Assembly (NCBI RefSeq): GCF_001447785.1
Contig: NW_015168670.1
Location: forward strand, 501,932 to 565,931
Origin: Gekko japonicus
Taxonomy: Eukaryota
Direction of reading: 5' to 3'
DNA length: 64,000 bases
Shown here: positions 49,971-62,534 of the stretch, piece by piece
How positions within the stretch are numbered: the stretch's first letter is position 1
How the letters are laid out: each line of letters opens with the position of its first letter
Made by a program: the position numbers and the translations under genes
The notes under the pieces: generated by a model
The model's database searches: none
Seen by the model: the letters and a program-made list of their open reading frames with translations, nothing else
What the model was told of the DNA's origin: nothing

Positions 49971-50604
49971 ATAATGGGGGGGGGGGATAAATTTTTAGTA
50001 AATTACAAACTGTACTACAAAACATAAACAATTATATAAAAGCACCAAAAATATATACACAACCTCACAATATATTTACATTTGTAACAAATATAAACAA
50101 ATATTAACATTCTTCAAATATAAAACATACTAACACCATTTTACAATACCTTTTACCACATCTTCATACAAAACAATTTACAAAACTTTTTATTACTGAT
50201 ATATCTATCTATAGATATAAATGTATTGCTTTTATATATTATCTCTTACGTTATGGGAGGCTTGCTTCCATGTAGGGTTGCCATTCTCCCAATGGGGGAA
50301 CCCCATCCCCCAAAGTGCCCTGTCTGTGCCAACATGCCCAGCACAATGACGTCACCCAGACATCATCACACAGGGCACGTTGAGGGGGAGGGGCGCTCTA
50401 TCATTTGAGTAAAAACTCTATGGTTACCATAGAGTTTTCCCTCAAATGCTAGAATGTCCCCCTGCAACGTGCCCTGTGCACGTTCTGTAGCTTGTATTCT
50501 AACATTGATAGTGTATAATAAACAAACTTTGTTTAAGGAATTTAGCCTTGTAGTAATTTTCAGTGAATCTAGTGGTGTGTGGATGCTTTGGTAAGGGGTG
50601 ATAG

Positions 50605-50937
50605 TAAAGGTAAAGGCTCCCTTGCTCGAAAGCCAGTCGAATCCGACTCTAGGGTTGCGGTGCTCATCTCAAAGCCGAAGAGCCAGCGCTGTCCGAAGAC
50701 GTTTCCGTGGTCATGTGGCCGGCATGACTAAACACCAAGGTGCACGGAGCGCTGTTACCTTCCCACTGAAGTGGTAACTATTTATCTACTTGCAATTTCT
50801 TGCTTTCGGACTGCTAGGTTGGCAGGAGCTGGAACTAGAGATGGGAGCTCACTCCATCATGCGGCACCCGGGTCTCGAACTGCTGAACTACTGACCTTCC
50901 ACAGCCTGCAGTTCAGCGTCTTAACCATTTGAGCCAC
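50605..50937 (-). mobile_element. Sauria SINE, young copy
   Basis: Near-identical reverse complement of 47826-48180. Confidence 0.92.
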
Positions 50938-52258
50938 TAAAAAAAAGAAGTTCTGTGGGGAAACCCAGAGAGCAAGTTCTCCCAGAATTTCCCCCACATC
51001 TCCCACAAGCAGAAAGCAAGAGTAAATAAGGCACACTATTCCACCAACACAGGCTAAACAAGGAATAAAGCTGAATAAAATGTACCCCCCAGCCTGAAGC
51101 ATGCCAGCTTCGTTTCTTTGTCTTTATTGTTTGAAAGGCTTATTCTGTGTTACCATTTAATTTGGAAGTATGGTATTATAGTGCCTGCTGCCAATGGATA
51201 CTTCAAATTAATTCCTTCCTGTTCCACATGGTGAAACAGGTCTTCAGGCCACTTCTAAAGGAGTAAGGCAAATTGCCACAGAGGCATTGTCTGAAGGTGG
51301 TCAGAGCCTGAAAGAGAGACTACCTACAAATTCTATATACACTGCTATGAGCTCCTTGAAAAAAGACAGAAGAGTACATAACCATAAAAGTACATAATAA
51401 TAAATGTGATCCAAATTGTTAGATGGGACCATGGAATTAAATATTATTTATTATTCTTGTATGCCCTCAGGACTAATAAAACAGAAGTCCACTGATACTT
51501 TAAGGATTAACAACATTTATTCCAGCATGACGTTTCATGAGTCAGAGTTCACTTCTTCAAAAGAAGGAAATCATGTTTCACATTTTTATAGCAGAAATTA
51601 CAGAAGGGCAGGGGGGAAGGGAGGAGGAAGAGGCAGAGAGAGGCTTGCTGTGAATCCTGTAATAAATATTTCAGTTGTGAGGCTCTGTGATTTCAGGTGA
51701 GACTGGAATGGATTAGGATATTGAATTCTCTGTGTAAGAAAACGGAACAGAATAGGATATTTCCTAAATTTATATGTGATGCTATTGTAAATTATTTGAT
51801 TTTATTTTCTCTAGTTTCACCATGTTGTTTTAGGAAAAGAAAGTGAATGTGTAGCTGTCTGGAGAGAGGCTGCTTCATCAAGGGCAGAGCTGTTGTCCCC
51901 TGCTGCTCTGCCCCGCCCCCAGCTCCTGGAACTATAAAGGAAGTTGCCTTCTAGGAGGAGGGAAGGAAGTGAGTGTCTGCCTGTCTGTTTCAACAAAGGC
52001 AAAGCGGTTGCCCCCTGCTCTGCCTCATGAACTACTTTGTTAATAGAAAGTCATAATTGTGAAACATGCTTACTTTGCTTGTATGTGAAATCTGATTGTC
52101 TTTTGTGTGTTTTGTACATTGTAAGCTGCTTTGAGTCCATATTGCATGGAAGTTTAAAGTGCACTGCAAGTTAAAAGTGTCCTAAAAGAAAATGAAAAAG
52201 TGTTGTTAGCTGCCCGACAGATCGTTTACATGGAGTAGTGGCTGTAACTGTGGAAGTC

Positions 52259-52553
52259 TATTATGAACTGAGATCGAGGCAGCTCTCAAAGAAGTGATTC
52301 ATGTTTATTCAGCTCATAACAACACAAGACAAAAATGCATAGAACCAGGCTGACAAAAAAAATTTGAACAGGAGTAAACCACACCCAACAATAGATAACA
52401 ACCAATAGAATTACTGGGCTTGGAACCTATGAAAGTGGCTCCTGCAGAAAACACAGGCTTCTCTGATTGGTTAGTTCTTCAATCCAAACACTGCTTTGTT
52501 TTATGGAACTTATGCTTAAGCTAAACATTGCTTTATTAACTTAAGACATAACA
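52259..52553 (-). mobile_element. Solo LTR
   Basis: Termini tattatg...cataaca (TG..CA-like inverted repeat); 5-bp TSD aagtc; CCAAT motifs; minus-strand AATAAA. Confidence 0.8.
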
Positions 52554-52832
52554 AAGTCCTTAGCAGGTGCCTGGAAATAGTAAAATAATGAGATGGCTGA
52601 AGGTCAATAAACTGAAGCTCAGTACAGACAGGACTGAGGTGCTATTGATCAGCGGCAAAGTTGCTCAATGACTGAGAAGTCACCCCATCTTAGAGGGGGG
52701 TAACACTTGTCCTGAAAGAGCAGATTCGTCACTTGGGGGTGCTGTTGGATCCTGGCTTATGGTCAGAGGCTCAGGTCTCCTCTGTGACATGTAGCACCTT
52801 TTATAGAGTCAGTTTGGTGTAGTGGTTATGAG

Positions 52833-53038
52833 CAATGTTCCCTCTAAGCTGTGGAGTCTTGTGAGCAAAAATTCTACTTTGTGAGCTACTAGCATTAAAG
52901 TTGTGAGCAGGTAATTTGGCTACTGCATAAATCAGTTTGCTCTGGAGTCAGCCTTCCTGAACTAAGACAAAAATGTGTGAGCTGGAGGTTAAAAAACTGT
53001 GAGCTAGCTCACACTAACTCAGCTTAGAGGGAACACTG
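52833..53038. mobile_element. hAT-type MITE
   Basis: TIR caatgttccctctaagctg / cagcttagagggaacactg; perfect TSD gttatgag. Confidence 0.92.
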
Positions 53039-53146
53039 GTTATGAGTGGTTCTTCTGAAGAATCGGGTTTGATCCCCCCACTCCTCCACATGCAGCTGCT
53101 GAGTGACCTTGGGTCAGTTACATGTTCTCTCAAGAGCAGTTCTCTC

Positions 53147-53346
53147 AGAGCTCTCTCAGCCCTACCTACTTCACAGGGTGTCTGTTGCCGGGGGTATTAT
53201 GAATTGAGTGATTTAATCTTCTTCAGCTCATAACAACACTAGACAAAGAGCTCTCTCAGCCCTACCTACTTCACAGGGTGTCTGTTGCCGGGGGTATTAT
53301 GAATTGAGTGATTTAATCTTCTTCAGCTCATAACAACACTAGACAA
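53147..53346. repeat. Exact 100-bp tandem duplication
   Basis: 53147-53246 equals 53247-53346. Confidence 0.9.
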
Positions 53347-53507
53347 AGATACATAGAACAATGCTGACTTATATATAATTTGAACGGGCAAAACCACACC
53401 CAACAGATAACAACCAATCGGAGTACGGAGTTTGGAACCAATGAGAGTGGTTCCTGCTGCCGTCAAGGGCTTCTCTGATTGGCCTATTTGCCAATCCATG
53501 TAATGCT
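53296..53507 (-). mobile_element. LTR of the same family as 52259-52553, truncated by the gap
   Basis: Shared tattatgaa..ttcagctcataacaacac..aaaccacacccaaca..aaccaat..cttctctgattgg. Confidence 0.75.
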
Positions 53508-53571
53508 NNNNNNNNNNNNNNNNNNNNNNNNNNNNNNNNNNNNNNNNNNNNNNNNNNNNNNNNNNNNNNNN
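53508..53571. other. Assembly gap (N run)
   Basis: 64 N. Confidence 1.
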
Positions 53572-53699
53572 GGGAAAGAGATTGTAAACTGCTCTGAGAC
53601 TCCAAGTGAAGGGTGGGGTATAATATAAATCCAATCTCCTCCTCCTCCTCTTCTATCAGCTCTGGCTGGTTCCCCAGCGATCACCATTCCTCAAAAAGT

Positions 53700-53960
53700 G
53701 TGATCTAGCCACAGTGACCCATGCTCTGAATACATCCAAGATAGAATACTGTAATACAGTCTACATGGGGCTGCCTCTGGAAACCAGTCAGAAACTTCAG
53801 TGGGCCCAAAATGCAGCACCCAGGTTATTGTCAGTGGTTGGTTACAGGGATTCTTAAAGGTGCTGCAGGATCTGCACTGGATGCTCACTTCTTTCCAGGC
53901 ACATCCCTAAGTGTTGGTTTTTACCTTTAAAGCCCTAAATGCCTTGGGTAGGTTACCTAG
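53700..53960 (+). mobile_element. L2 LINE fragment
   Basis: Decayed SKIEYCN.VYMGLPL..QKLQ..QNAAP..LHW motifs. Confidence 0.65.
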
Positions 53961-54089
53961 AGAGGCAGTCTTATTCTTCCTAAATAAATAAACATTTTAA
54001 GTAGTAACTAAAATAAACCACAAGCACTGGTAGCCATTTCACGAATTTTCACAGATGCAGGCACTTTTCTGTATTACTTCCCAAGCAAA

Positions 54090-54900
54090 ACGGTGCTTCC
54101 TTCCTCTGACCCGTGTTTTGCTATTACTGATTGGTCCTTAACCATTAACCACACGCCCTCAATATACTACACAAAGACGGGGCACTTGTACTTCAACCCC
54201 GACCTCTGGCGTTGCGGGGTTTATGAACCAAGCGATAGTCAGAAAGGGGCGGTGCTAAGGGGGAAAAACAGCGCGGTTGCATCATCATCATCTGTATGCG
54301 CCGATGGGAAGGCGATTCTCCAGCAGGGTAAGGCGAGGGCGGAAAGAAAGCGTGTGGATGGTGGCCGCGGGAGGACAGATCCCGCGGAAAGCATAACGGG
54401 GGCTCAATAGTGACGTGATAAACAGTTGTGTGGTCACACAGGCTCTTCACCGAAAGGAGCGCCCTAAGGTTTCCTCGAAACCGGCTCGCGCAGGGGCAAG
54501 CCACGCGCTCAGGCCGGGATGGAGTGAGCGAGCGGCGCTAGGGTCGCGCAAAAGCAAGGGCCCCGACCGACCCTTTCCCCTTCCCTTTAAGGGGCGCGCT
54601 CTCACCTGGCTGTTAATTCTCACAACTAACCTTCGGAGTGCTACCTGGTGAGGCGGCACGCATGCGGCTAGAAGAGCGACGCTCGACTGTGACACCCCCA
54701 TACCCTGCCCATCCTCAGTGGGAAGAGGGCTGTGCCCCTGTTCCTTTGTACCCGGCTATCTCTGAGCATGACGTGTGGGTGGCTCTGCCCAAGTCTTTCC
54801 TCTCGGTCTCTGCCCGTCCCTCTCTTTCTTTAACGCCCGCCGCTTAAGAAATGCGGAGTCACTGCGCGCCAGTCTCTTTGCCGCTACCTCGGCCCAAGTC
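54090..54900 (+). promoter_or_regulatory. RMDN3: CpG island / RMDN3 promoter with candidate non-coding first exon(s)
   Basis: High CpG density; ATTGG ~54129; GC boxes; TGACGT ~54411; NRF1-like gcacgcatgcg ~54656; donors cagg|gtaagg (54327) and cctg|gtgagg (54647). Confidence 0.75.
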
Positions 54901-55697
54901 CTGTGAGCTGAGTCTTTAAGCTTCCTTCCAGACTTCCTCTGGAGTTGGACAAGATTCTGTTTCTCTCAGGTTCGCTGGCCTCCCTTCATCCCCATCAAAA
55001 CAATCGGAATAATAGTCCATTGCCTCACAGAGTTGCTTTGAAGACCACCAATAATAAAAGGCAGCTGGCACGCTAACGTGTAAGTGGGGTTTGTTCCTGG
55101 CGTCTTCAGTATGTCACGTGGGTTTTGTCAGTTTGCCCTGAGAAAAGTACAGGTCTTTGCATTTGCTGCTAAGGTTGATGATGTTGTGCTTGGAAATAGC
55201 AGAGTCAGTGGACTGGAGCTTTCTTGCTTATGATCACTTACACTTTGTCCTCCTATGTCATCCTATGTCTGAGGTTTGGGGTATATGGAACTCCTGGATA
55301 AATGCCATCCAGGCTTTGCCTGGACCAAACCTGTGTAGTTTCAATAATGGAACTGCATCTTGTATCTCCAGGCCAGTCTATTAACCAAGAGTTTAAGAAC
55401 CATCTGTAATAGCGGTGTGTTGTCTCAGAATGAAACCCTGATGCTAACTGAAATAAAGTGGTGCAGGACTTCTGTTGAGTCAGTGAAACTGGTATCCTTT
55501 CCTACACATACCCCCACATCTGTTGTGCCCAACCTGTGGCCCTCAGTCAAGATATGAAATTGAAAATGTCTTGTTGGGCACTGTTTCCAACAATAGTTGG
55601 GGTGTAGCTAAAAATATTTTAAGCTTGTGGTGGTTCTTTATAAACTATTATCTTCTCAGTGTAAATGATGGCCTACTGGTTTTCTTTCAGATGTATA

Positions 55698-55893
55698 ATG
55701 TCCAAAATGTGGCCCTCCCGTGTGGGNNNNNNNNNNNNNNNNNNNNNNNNNNNNNNNNNNNNNNNNNNNNNNNNNNNNNNNNAGAGGAAAAGGTCTTGGT
55801 GGAGAGGGAGCTCCAAAGGCCCTAATGCATGGAGTCTGCACAATGCTCTAGGCTCTCAGGAATACACAGATATCATACAGCCGCATAATCAAG
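55698..55893 (+). CDS. RMDN3: RMDN3 (PTPIP51/FAM82A2) first coding exon, partly in an N gap
   Basis: tttctttcag| acceptor at 55690; MSKMWPSRVG-[gap]-RKRSWW...SLHNALGSQEYTDIIQPHNQ; AAG|gtaagt; phase 1 joins the next exon. Confidence 0.8.
55727..55782. other. Assembly gap hiding the expected RMDN3 N-terminal transmembrane segment
   Basis: 56 N; the flanking frame is preserved. Confidence 0.9.
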
Positions 55894-56296
55894 GTAAGTT
55901 TATAATTACTAGAAAGAGATAATGTGGCTTTTCAGTTTTTCCCATTGGCATCAATTTCAAATTAAATGTTTTTTTTGTTTAATTTCGGTGACGTTATGGT
56001 CTATAGCAGTTGTGTATTCTGTTTTCAGAAACAGAATGAAGAATTTCATTTGATCAGTCGTTTTATTTAAGTAATGCAGCTTTGAAAAATATATCTGATT
56101 TTGAAGAGGATTCTTCCCCGCTCCAGTTTCACCAAATTTAGGTATATTAAAACATTCCAGTTTCCTGTACATGAACAAATAATAGCAGCGAACAGCCACA
56201 TCTACCATACACCTTAATTGGCCCTTACAACCATATGGAATGATGAGCTAGCTGGGGCTTGTCCTCTCATTATGGTAGATCCCCAGCCATGTGGCT

Positions 56297-56560
56297 TAGT
56301 TTGGTGTAGTGGTTAAATGCGTGGACTCTAATCTGGGAGAACCGGGTTTGATTCCCCACTCCTCCACTTGCACCTGGCTGGATGACCTTCTGATAAGAGC
56401 TGTTCTTGAAAAAAGAGCAGTTTCTGTCAGAGCTCTCTCAGCTCCACCTACCTCACAGGGTGTCTGTTGTGGGGAGAGGAAGGGAAAGGAGTTTGTAAGC
56501 CGCTCTGAGACACCTTTGGGTAGTGAAGGGCAGGGCATAAATCCAAGCTCTTATTATTAT
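56297..56560 (+). mobile_element. Squam3-type SINE
   Basis: agtttggtgtagtggttaa...accgggtttgattcccc head; tta tail. Confidence 0.88.
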
Positions 56561-57639
56561 CAAAAGCTGGGAGCTATGGAGTGGATTGGGAGATAACCAG
56601 AGTCATTGGGATGAATGATTAGAGATGAATTGGGGTGATATGATATTTTTGTGAGGCCCCTAGATGTGGTATTTTTCAGGGTGAAATCTTTAATCTGTTC
56701 GTGGAGGCCAAATTAAGAGTAAATTGGCACCCGAGGTGAGGTGTCAAAAGCACCTGCTTTTCTTTTTTGTTATGGATAAATTCAGATTAATCTTAGATTG
56801 TTGGGGGTACAAGTATTGTGGAATTAGGGCCTGGATTGAGCCTCAGTTTTCTGTTAAACCTATGATACTAAATAGTCTCTATAGTTGAATCTTTGGTTCT
56901 GTTTCACAGGAAGTTTCAGAACTCTGCTGGTGCTGTGGCCTTCTGATACTGATAACTCTGTACATGATTTTTGCCTTAGATGATGTTTATACATTCCAGA
57001 AGTTAGTGGTTTCACTATCAGAATCAAAATGGATAGGGTATCTGAAACTAGCTTCCTTGGCTCTCCTTGACTTTCTGTGAACTTCCTGACTTCAGAGATA
57101 GAGAGAAGGAGGAGGGATTTGGGTCAGTACATTGGGTTAGTTCTAGTCAGTTCTAATTTTGCCTGCATCACATTCATGGTAATCCTACATAAGTAGGTAC
57201 ATTAGCTGCTTTCGGTCCAAGAAATATATATATTTCTGGTTTACTAATGGTAGGAGCTGGCCATCGACAGTTCCATGTGAGACCTTGGTGGCTAGTCCAG
57301 AACATTCTGAATTTTATACAAGTGCACTATTTTAAGTATTGGGTTGAAATATTCTGTGTTGAATATTGAAATGCTACAGTGTTTTCTGACTTAAGAGTGT
57401 ATAATGGAATAAACTGAGCATTGTTTAAGGATCACTGTCTCTCTATATATGAGTTTCAGTCTCTTGCCAGTCTCCACCAGACCAATGAAAGAACTCAGGG
57501 GAACTGGGGGAATCCCAGAAAAAGTCCTGGGTCCCAGAATTCCACAACCATGAGAGCCACCACTTGCCCTGGTTTTTAAAATTATTTTGGAAAGTAATTG
57601 GACTCCTTGGTTAAAACTGTTCATGCCTTTTTGACAGAG

Positions 57640-58920
57640 TTCTCTCTAGACCTTTGAAGGAAGCAGTTATTAAAACTTTGCTCTAAAGACATTCATTGGC
57701 TAAGGATGGGGTGGCCAATTATAGGTCTCCAGTTTACCTTTTCTGGGGTAAGAAGATAAAGCATGTGGTGGTGGCTCACTCCCGGGAATATCTGCATGAC
57801 ATATCTGCCATTGACCCATTTCAACCTGGCTTCAGGCCTGAGTTCAGAACTAAGATCGGTTTGGTTGCACTGGTCTTTGTTTAAAGCTGGACAGGAGATG
57901 GTACTTTTGATACTGTTGATCTCATAATAACCTCTCAATACAGTTGACCACTCCATCCTTAATTACTTGGCATTGAAGGAGTAGTTTTTAGTAGTTTGTC
58001 TTTCTTGTCTGTTTGGCCACAAAGAGTTTTCACTGGGGGAGCAGATTAGGATTTGGCCCTCTGGAATGCTTCAGGATTCCATTCTGTCACTCATGATTGT
58101 TTGAAACTTTAGAACTAGGTTTCATCAATATGCTGTTAAAATATAGATCTGGATGTCATTATCTAAGTCTTCATTATCTAAGTCTGTCTCAACACTGAAC
58201 TGGTACTTTAGAGCTGTGCACAAGTGCCTAAGGCACAAAAAAGTGGAAACTGAATCCAGTCAAGATGGAAGTAATACTGTTTGGGAATGATAATGCTTTG
58301 GAGAGTTGGGTTCCACTTGTGGTGGATGGAATGGAGTTGGCTTTTGCAGAGAAGGTTAGTAGTTAGGGGTACTTGCCTTGTCTGAAAAGCAGTTTGGTCT
58401 TCTGTCAGCTGTGTTTAGTTCACCAGCTCTCTCCTTTCTTAGACTCAGTTGACCTACCTGCTCTAATCCATGTTTTTGTAACCTCATTGTTGGATTACTG
58501 TAATGCGCTCTATCTTGGGCTGCCCTTGAAGACAACCTGGAAACTGCAGCTGGTTCAGAGTGTGGCAGCTTGATTATTGTCAGGCGTTAGCCAACAGAAA
58601 CATGTATTGCCGATTTTTTTTAAAGTATGTTGGTTTGTGTGTTTATTTAAAGATGCTGATTATACTTGTTAAAGTTCTTCATGGCCTAGGATTGGTTCTC
58701 CCTGTATATCCCTCTATGCCAATTACAGTCCTCAAGCTGCCATCTACTGGTTGTTCCCTCACTTAAAGTAGCTTACCTGGTATTGAAGCTGAATTGTGCT
58801 TTTTCTGTTGCAGCTCTCACCCTATAGAGTGGGTTCCCTGAGGAGATCGGGGTGTTTGTGTGTGCCATCTCTAGAAGATTCTATGAGTTACTACGAAACC
58901 ATTTTAATTGCTAAAGCTTT
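57640..58920 (+). mobile_element. Old L2 LINE fragment
   Basis: NYRSPV..DPFQPGFRP; LLDYCNALYLGLPLKTTWKLQLVQ. Confidence 0.85.
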
Positions 58921-59294
58921 TAATGGTGTCTAGGCAGAAGGCAAGGGGGGTTGTTGAGTTTTACTGTGATTTGTATGTTTTAAATTTGGATTTGTAAGCT
59001 ATGTTGAAGTAAAAGGGAAAGGGAACTTAGTTCTCATGTGTTAATATAATAAATATGATAAACAAAAGTGCAGTTATTTGTTCAAGGACTATTTAGTAAC
59101 TTCATCTGTACACTTTGAATCACCTACCAGTTAGATTTTTATTGTATCCCTCTTTCCAAGGAGCACAGATGAGTGCACAATGTTCCCCTGTCCTGTAGTT
59201 TGTTACCTGGCTAAACTAAATGAACATCTAGAAATAATGTTGCTCAGGGAAGATGAACTGCTGTTGCTGAAATAATTTGACTTCCTCTTTCTAG

Positions 59295-59487
59295 TTCCAC
59301 TGAGACAAGGACCGATAGAGGGTGGTGATAGCAGCCCACACACATCTTTTCTAACACGTGAAGAGCAAGCCGAAGTGTTGAACCGTCTGGACTTTGTCCT
59401 GAAAAGCCTTATAGAGCTGCGACATGAAGTCGAAGAGCTGCGGAATAGCTTGCAAGGTTTAGCTGGAGAAATTGTTGGAGAAGTGAG
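59295..59487 (+). CDS. RMDN3: RMDN3 second coding exon (coiled coil)
   Basis: ttctag|TT CCA...GTG AG|gttggt; [43 protein letters not shown] matches recalled RMDN3. Confidence 0.95.
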
Positions 59488-60460
59488 GTTGGTAGAAAAC
59501 CATTATTTGGGATCTGGAAGTTGCTGAAAACCTTCCCACTCAGCCATCTTTTTTTTGCAAGAGAACATGGAACAAGTTTGGGTAAAATTGGTGTTTGCTT
59601 TTTATTAATATTGCTGTCTGTAGGGTAGTAGTTCTTCCAGAATAATTTCATTGAAATATGTCCATCTTTAGAGTCAAGCTGGCCTGCAACCTTTACTGTC
59701 TAAACTCTTGAGTGCAGAAGCAAATCTTTTTTCTTAGCCGTTGGTGAAATGGCAAGTAACTCATGAAATTCAACTAAAACTGGAGGGAGAAGTAAGGCTC
59801 TTTCATTCAGGCAGTTTTGGTTTAAAGTTGTATAAAACTTGTTGATCTAAGACCATGCTTTCCCAAACACTTGGGCTTAATAACTGCTTGATTTGTTGCC
59901 TCTCCTTTCCTCCTCATTATGGTAAAGGCATCAAAGTGAACAAGAATATATAATGGCACTCTTTCAAAAGTATCATTCCATGAAGCGGGAACCCCATCAG
60001 AGAAAGCCCATGTTTGGGTTGCTGTCAGTCTTACCCACTTAGAGGGTGGTACCTTCAGAAGCTTAGCTTCACTTGGATAGCTTGTTTAACTATCATAGCA
60101 TAGCATAGCAGGAGAGGTGGTCCTGCAGATAGGAATGTCTGAAGACATAAAGGGCTTTGTAGGTGATAACCAGTACTTTGAACTGAACCCAGTAACTGAT
60201 ATGCCAATGGAGTGACTGCCAAGTAGGTGTAATATGCATCAAGCATCATTTCTGGTTCTGGTTCGGGAGCAAACTTAGGTGAGCATTAAGCATAGTTCTC
60301 CCAGTCTGGATCTATTGTATTTTTATCTTGCCCTTCTTCCAAGGGTGGTGTATATGGTTATCTCCTAATTTTATCCTCTCAGCCTGTGAGGTAAGTTATG
60401 AAGTGAGAAAGTGTGACTGGCCCCAGGTCACCCAGTGAGCTTGATGGCTGAAAGGGATGT

Positions 60461-61217
60461 TGTGACGTCCTCCTTATTGGGGAGGACTAGTTTCACTTTA
60501 AAAGTTTTCTTTATTTTGTTTAACAGGGTAGATTCTGCTGCCACCAGGAAATTTTAAGGATTTCCAAACCTTTATGCTTTTACTTTTGCTCTTACTAGTT
60601 TGGTAGACCGAGTTCAAGGCTTACGAGGAACTATGTGGTCCTGGGAAGTATTTCATTCAGAGCTGGTATAAACTTGAATAAAAGAGGATTTATTGAAATA
60701 AATACTAAATAAGAGGGTGATACAATGTAACTAGTAATGTGTAAATGATGTACAATTGCTTTGGTATCACACTCAATCTTTTCCCTCACTGACAGGGATC
60801 TTTTCATGTAACTTTGTAACACTTGTTTATCTCAATGCCATATATGTTCACTGTTTCACTCCAGTTTGTTATGACACTCAGACTTTCCTTTAACTTTTCT
60901 TCACTTAAACTTTAATTTACTTTTCCTATACACTCAGCTTTCAGCTCTTTCTCTTTCTCACTGAACAACCTCAGCTGTCAGCTTCTAACTCCTTCCACAC
61001 AGAACAGCCTGTGTACATCAACTGTCAACTTGTAACTGAAACTCCTGACTGACTCACATACTCATCCAACCAGATTCACTTCCAAAACCCCTCCCCCTCT
61101 CTGTCAACCACCAATCATACCACACTTGCCTCTCTCAACCACTCTAGTCTATCTACCACAGCCATGCAACCAAACTTTTAAAGAGACACACACACACAAA
61201 AACAAGGAATCATTACA
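60461..61217. mobile_element. Solo LTR (757 bp)
   Basis: TGTGACG...CATTACA termini; perfect 5-bp TSD gatgt (60456-60460, 61218-61222). Confidence 0.8.
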
Positions 61218-61367
61218 GATGTCATGGCAGACGCTGGTTACCATGAACCAGGGAGTGGAGGGAAGCATCAGGGTTAGTGAGGGAAGGAGAGAGTACTTCA
61301 GCTCATACCACATACCCAGTGGTCAAGCTGTGGCTTAGCTTTGATATATGAATTGAAATGTGGCTTC

Positions 61368-61652
61368 TGTTTGGTGTAGTGGTTAAGTGCGTGGACTCTA
61401 ATCTGGGAGAACTGTGTTTGATTCCTCACTCCTCCACTTGTACCTGGCTGGATGACCTTGGGCAAGCCATAGTTCTGGCACAGCTGTTCTTGAAAAAGAG
61501 CAGTTTCTGTCAGAGTTCTCTCAGCCCCACCTACCTCCCAGGGTGTCTGTTGTGGGGAGGAGAAGGGAAAGGAGTTTGTAAGCCACTCTGAGATTTCTTT
61601 GGGTAGTGAAGGGCGGAGTATAAACCCAATCTCCTCTTCTTCTTCTTCTTCT
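61368..61652 (+). mobile_element. Squam3-type SINE
   Basis: Full head and (tct)n tail. Confidence 0.88.
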
Positions 61653-62534
61653 GCTCCTAGTTTTAGACTGGTACTGGTTAGTGGTAGGGAGGAAACTGAA
61701 CAAGGAACCAGGGTTTCACATCAAAATCCCTTTATCATAGTACCACTATATGGAATTTTGCATCATGTAATGTGTCATGATAATACTTATGTTTTGCTTC
61801 AGTCCTGTTTTTAGCCTTCTGGCTGGTTCTGCAACCCTAATCCTATTGCATTGTTTATTAAATGTCCCATCCATCAATTATATTGACTCACTCTGTGTAA
61901 TCTGCTTTGAGTCCAAATGAGAATGACAGACTATAAATAACGTAAATAAATGTACTGATTTTAAAAGCACATCGATATCAAATACTGCTACTAGTGTAGA
62001 AAATACTACTTCATACCAGTTTCTCCTACTGATGTTTAGAGATAACAAATGGTAGCTGGTTTTTTTTTTTGTTCTTGTTGGAAGAAGAAGTTTTAGAATT
62101 ATATTTTACTGGAATGCTACTATGTTTGAATGCTTGGAATACAACACTGGTAGCTGTAACAGAAGTAACCATGTGAGATAATCTAATTATCAGAAGTACT
62201 TCTGATTACTGCATGTTTGGCTGTTAAAGTTTTTTTCCAACCCAGAGCTCCAGGTTTACTGGATGTACTCAAACATGAATGCATTTTAGTCTTGACTTGT
62301 AATATAGTGAAATTATCATCTAAAAGTCTGTAAATGGCTATTAACAGCTTTATATTTTGTGCATCAATGCCTGATTATAGCCTGATAAAAAAGACTTTAA
62401 GGAAATCTTTTCTAGGCTCTTCCAACCCAAGCATTATCAAAGACTCTTCAAAAAAGTTAAGACCACCTTAAACTACTCCATGGAGATGTCAGAAAAACCT
62501 ACTTCTTCAAAGTCTTCCAATCTAGATGCTAGAT

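Larger units (their letters stand above)
52806..53655 (+). mobile_element. Squam3-type SINE interrupted by a MITE and an LTR
   Basis: A box 52811-52832; B box resumes ~53060; core to ~53190; tail resumes after the gap at 53572. Confidence 0.8.

Noticed and set aside
52259-53507. TRIM or short full-length LTR element formed by the two LTRs
   Set aside because: The first LTR has its own TSD on both sides and the second sits inside a SINE, so they are independent insertions
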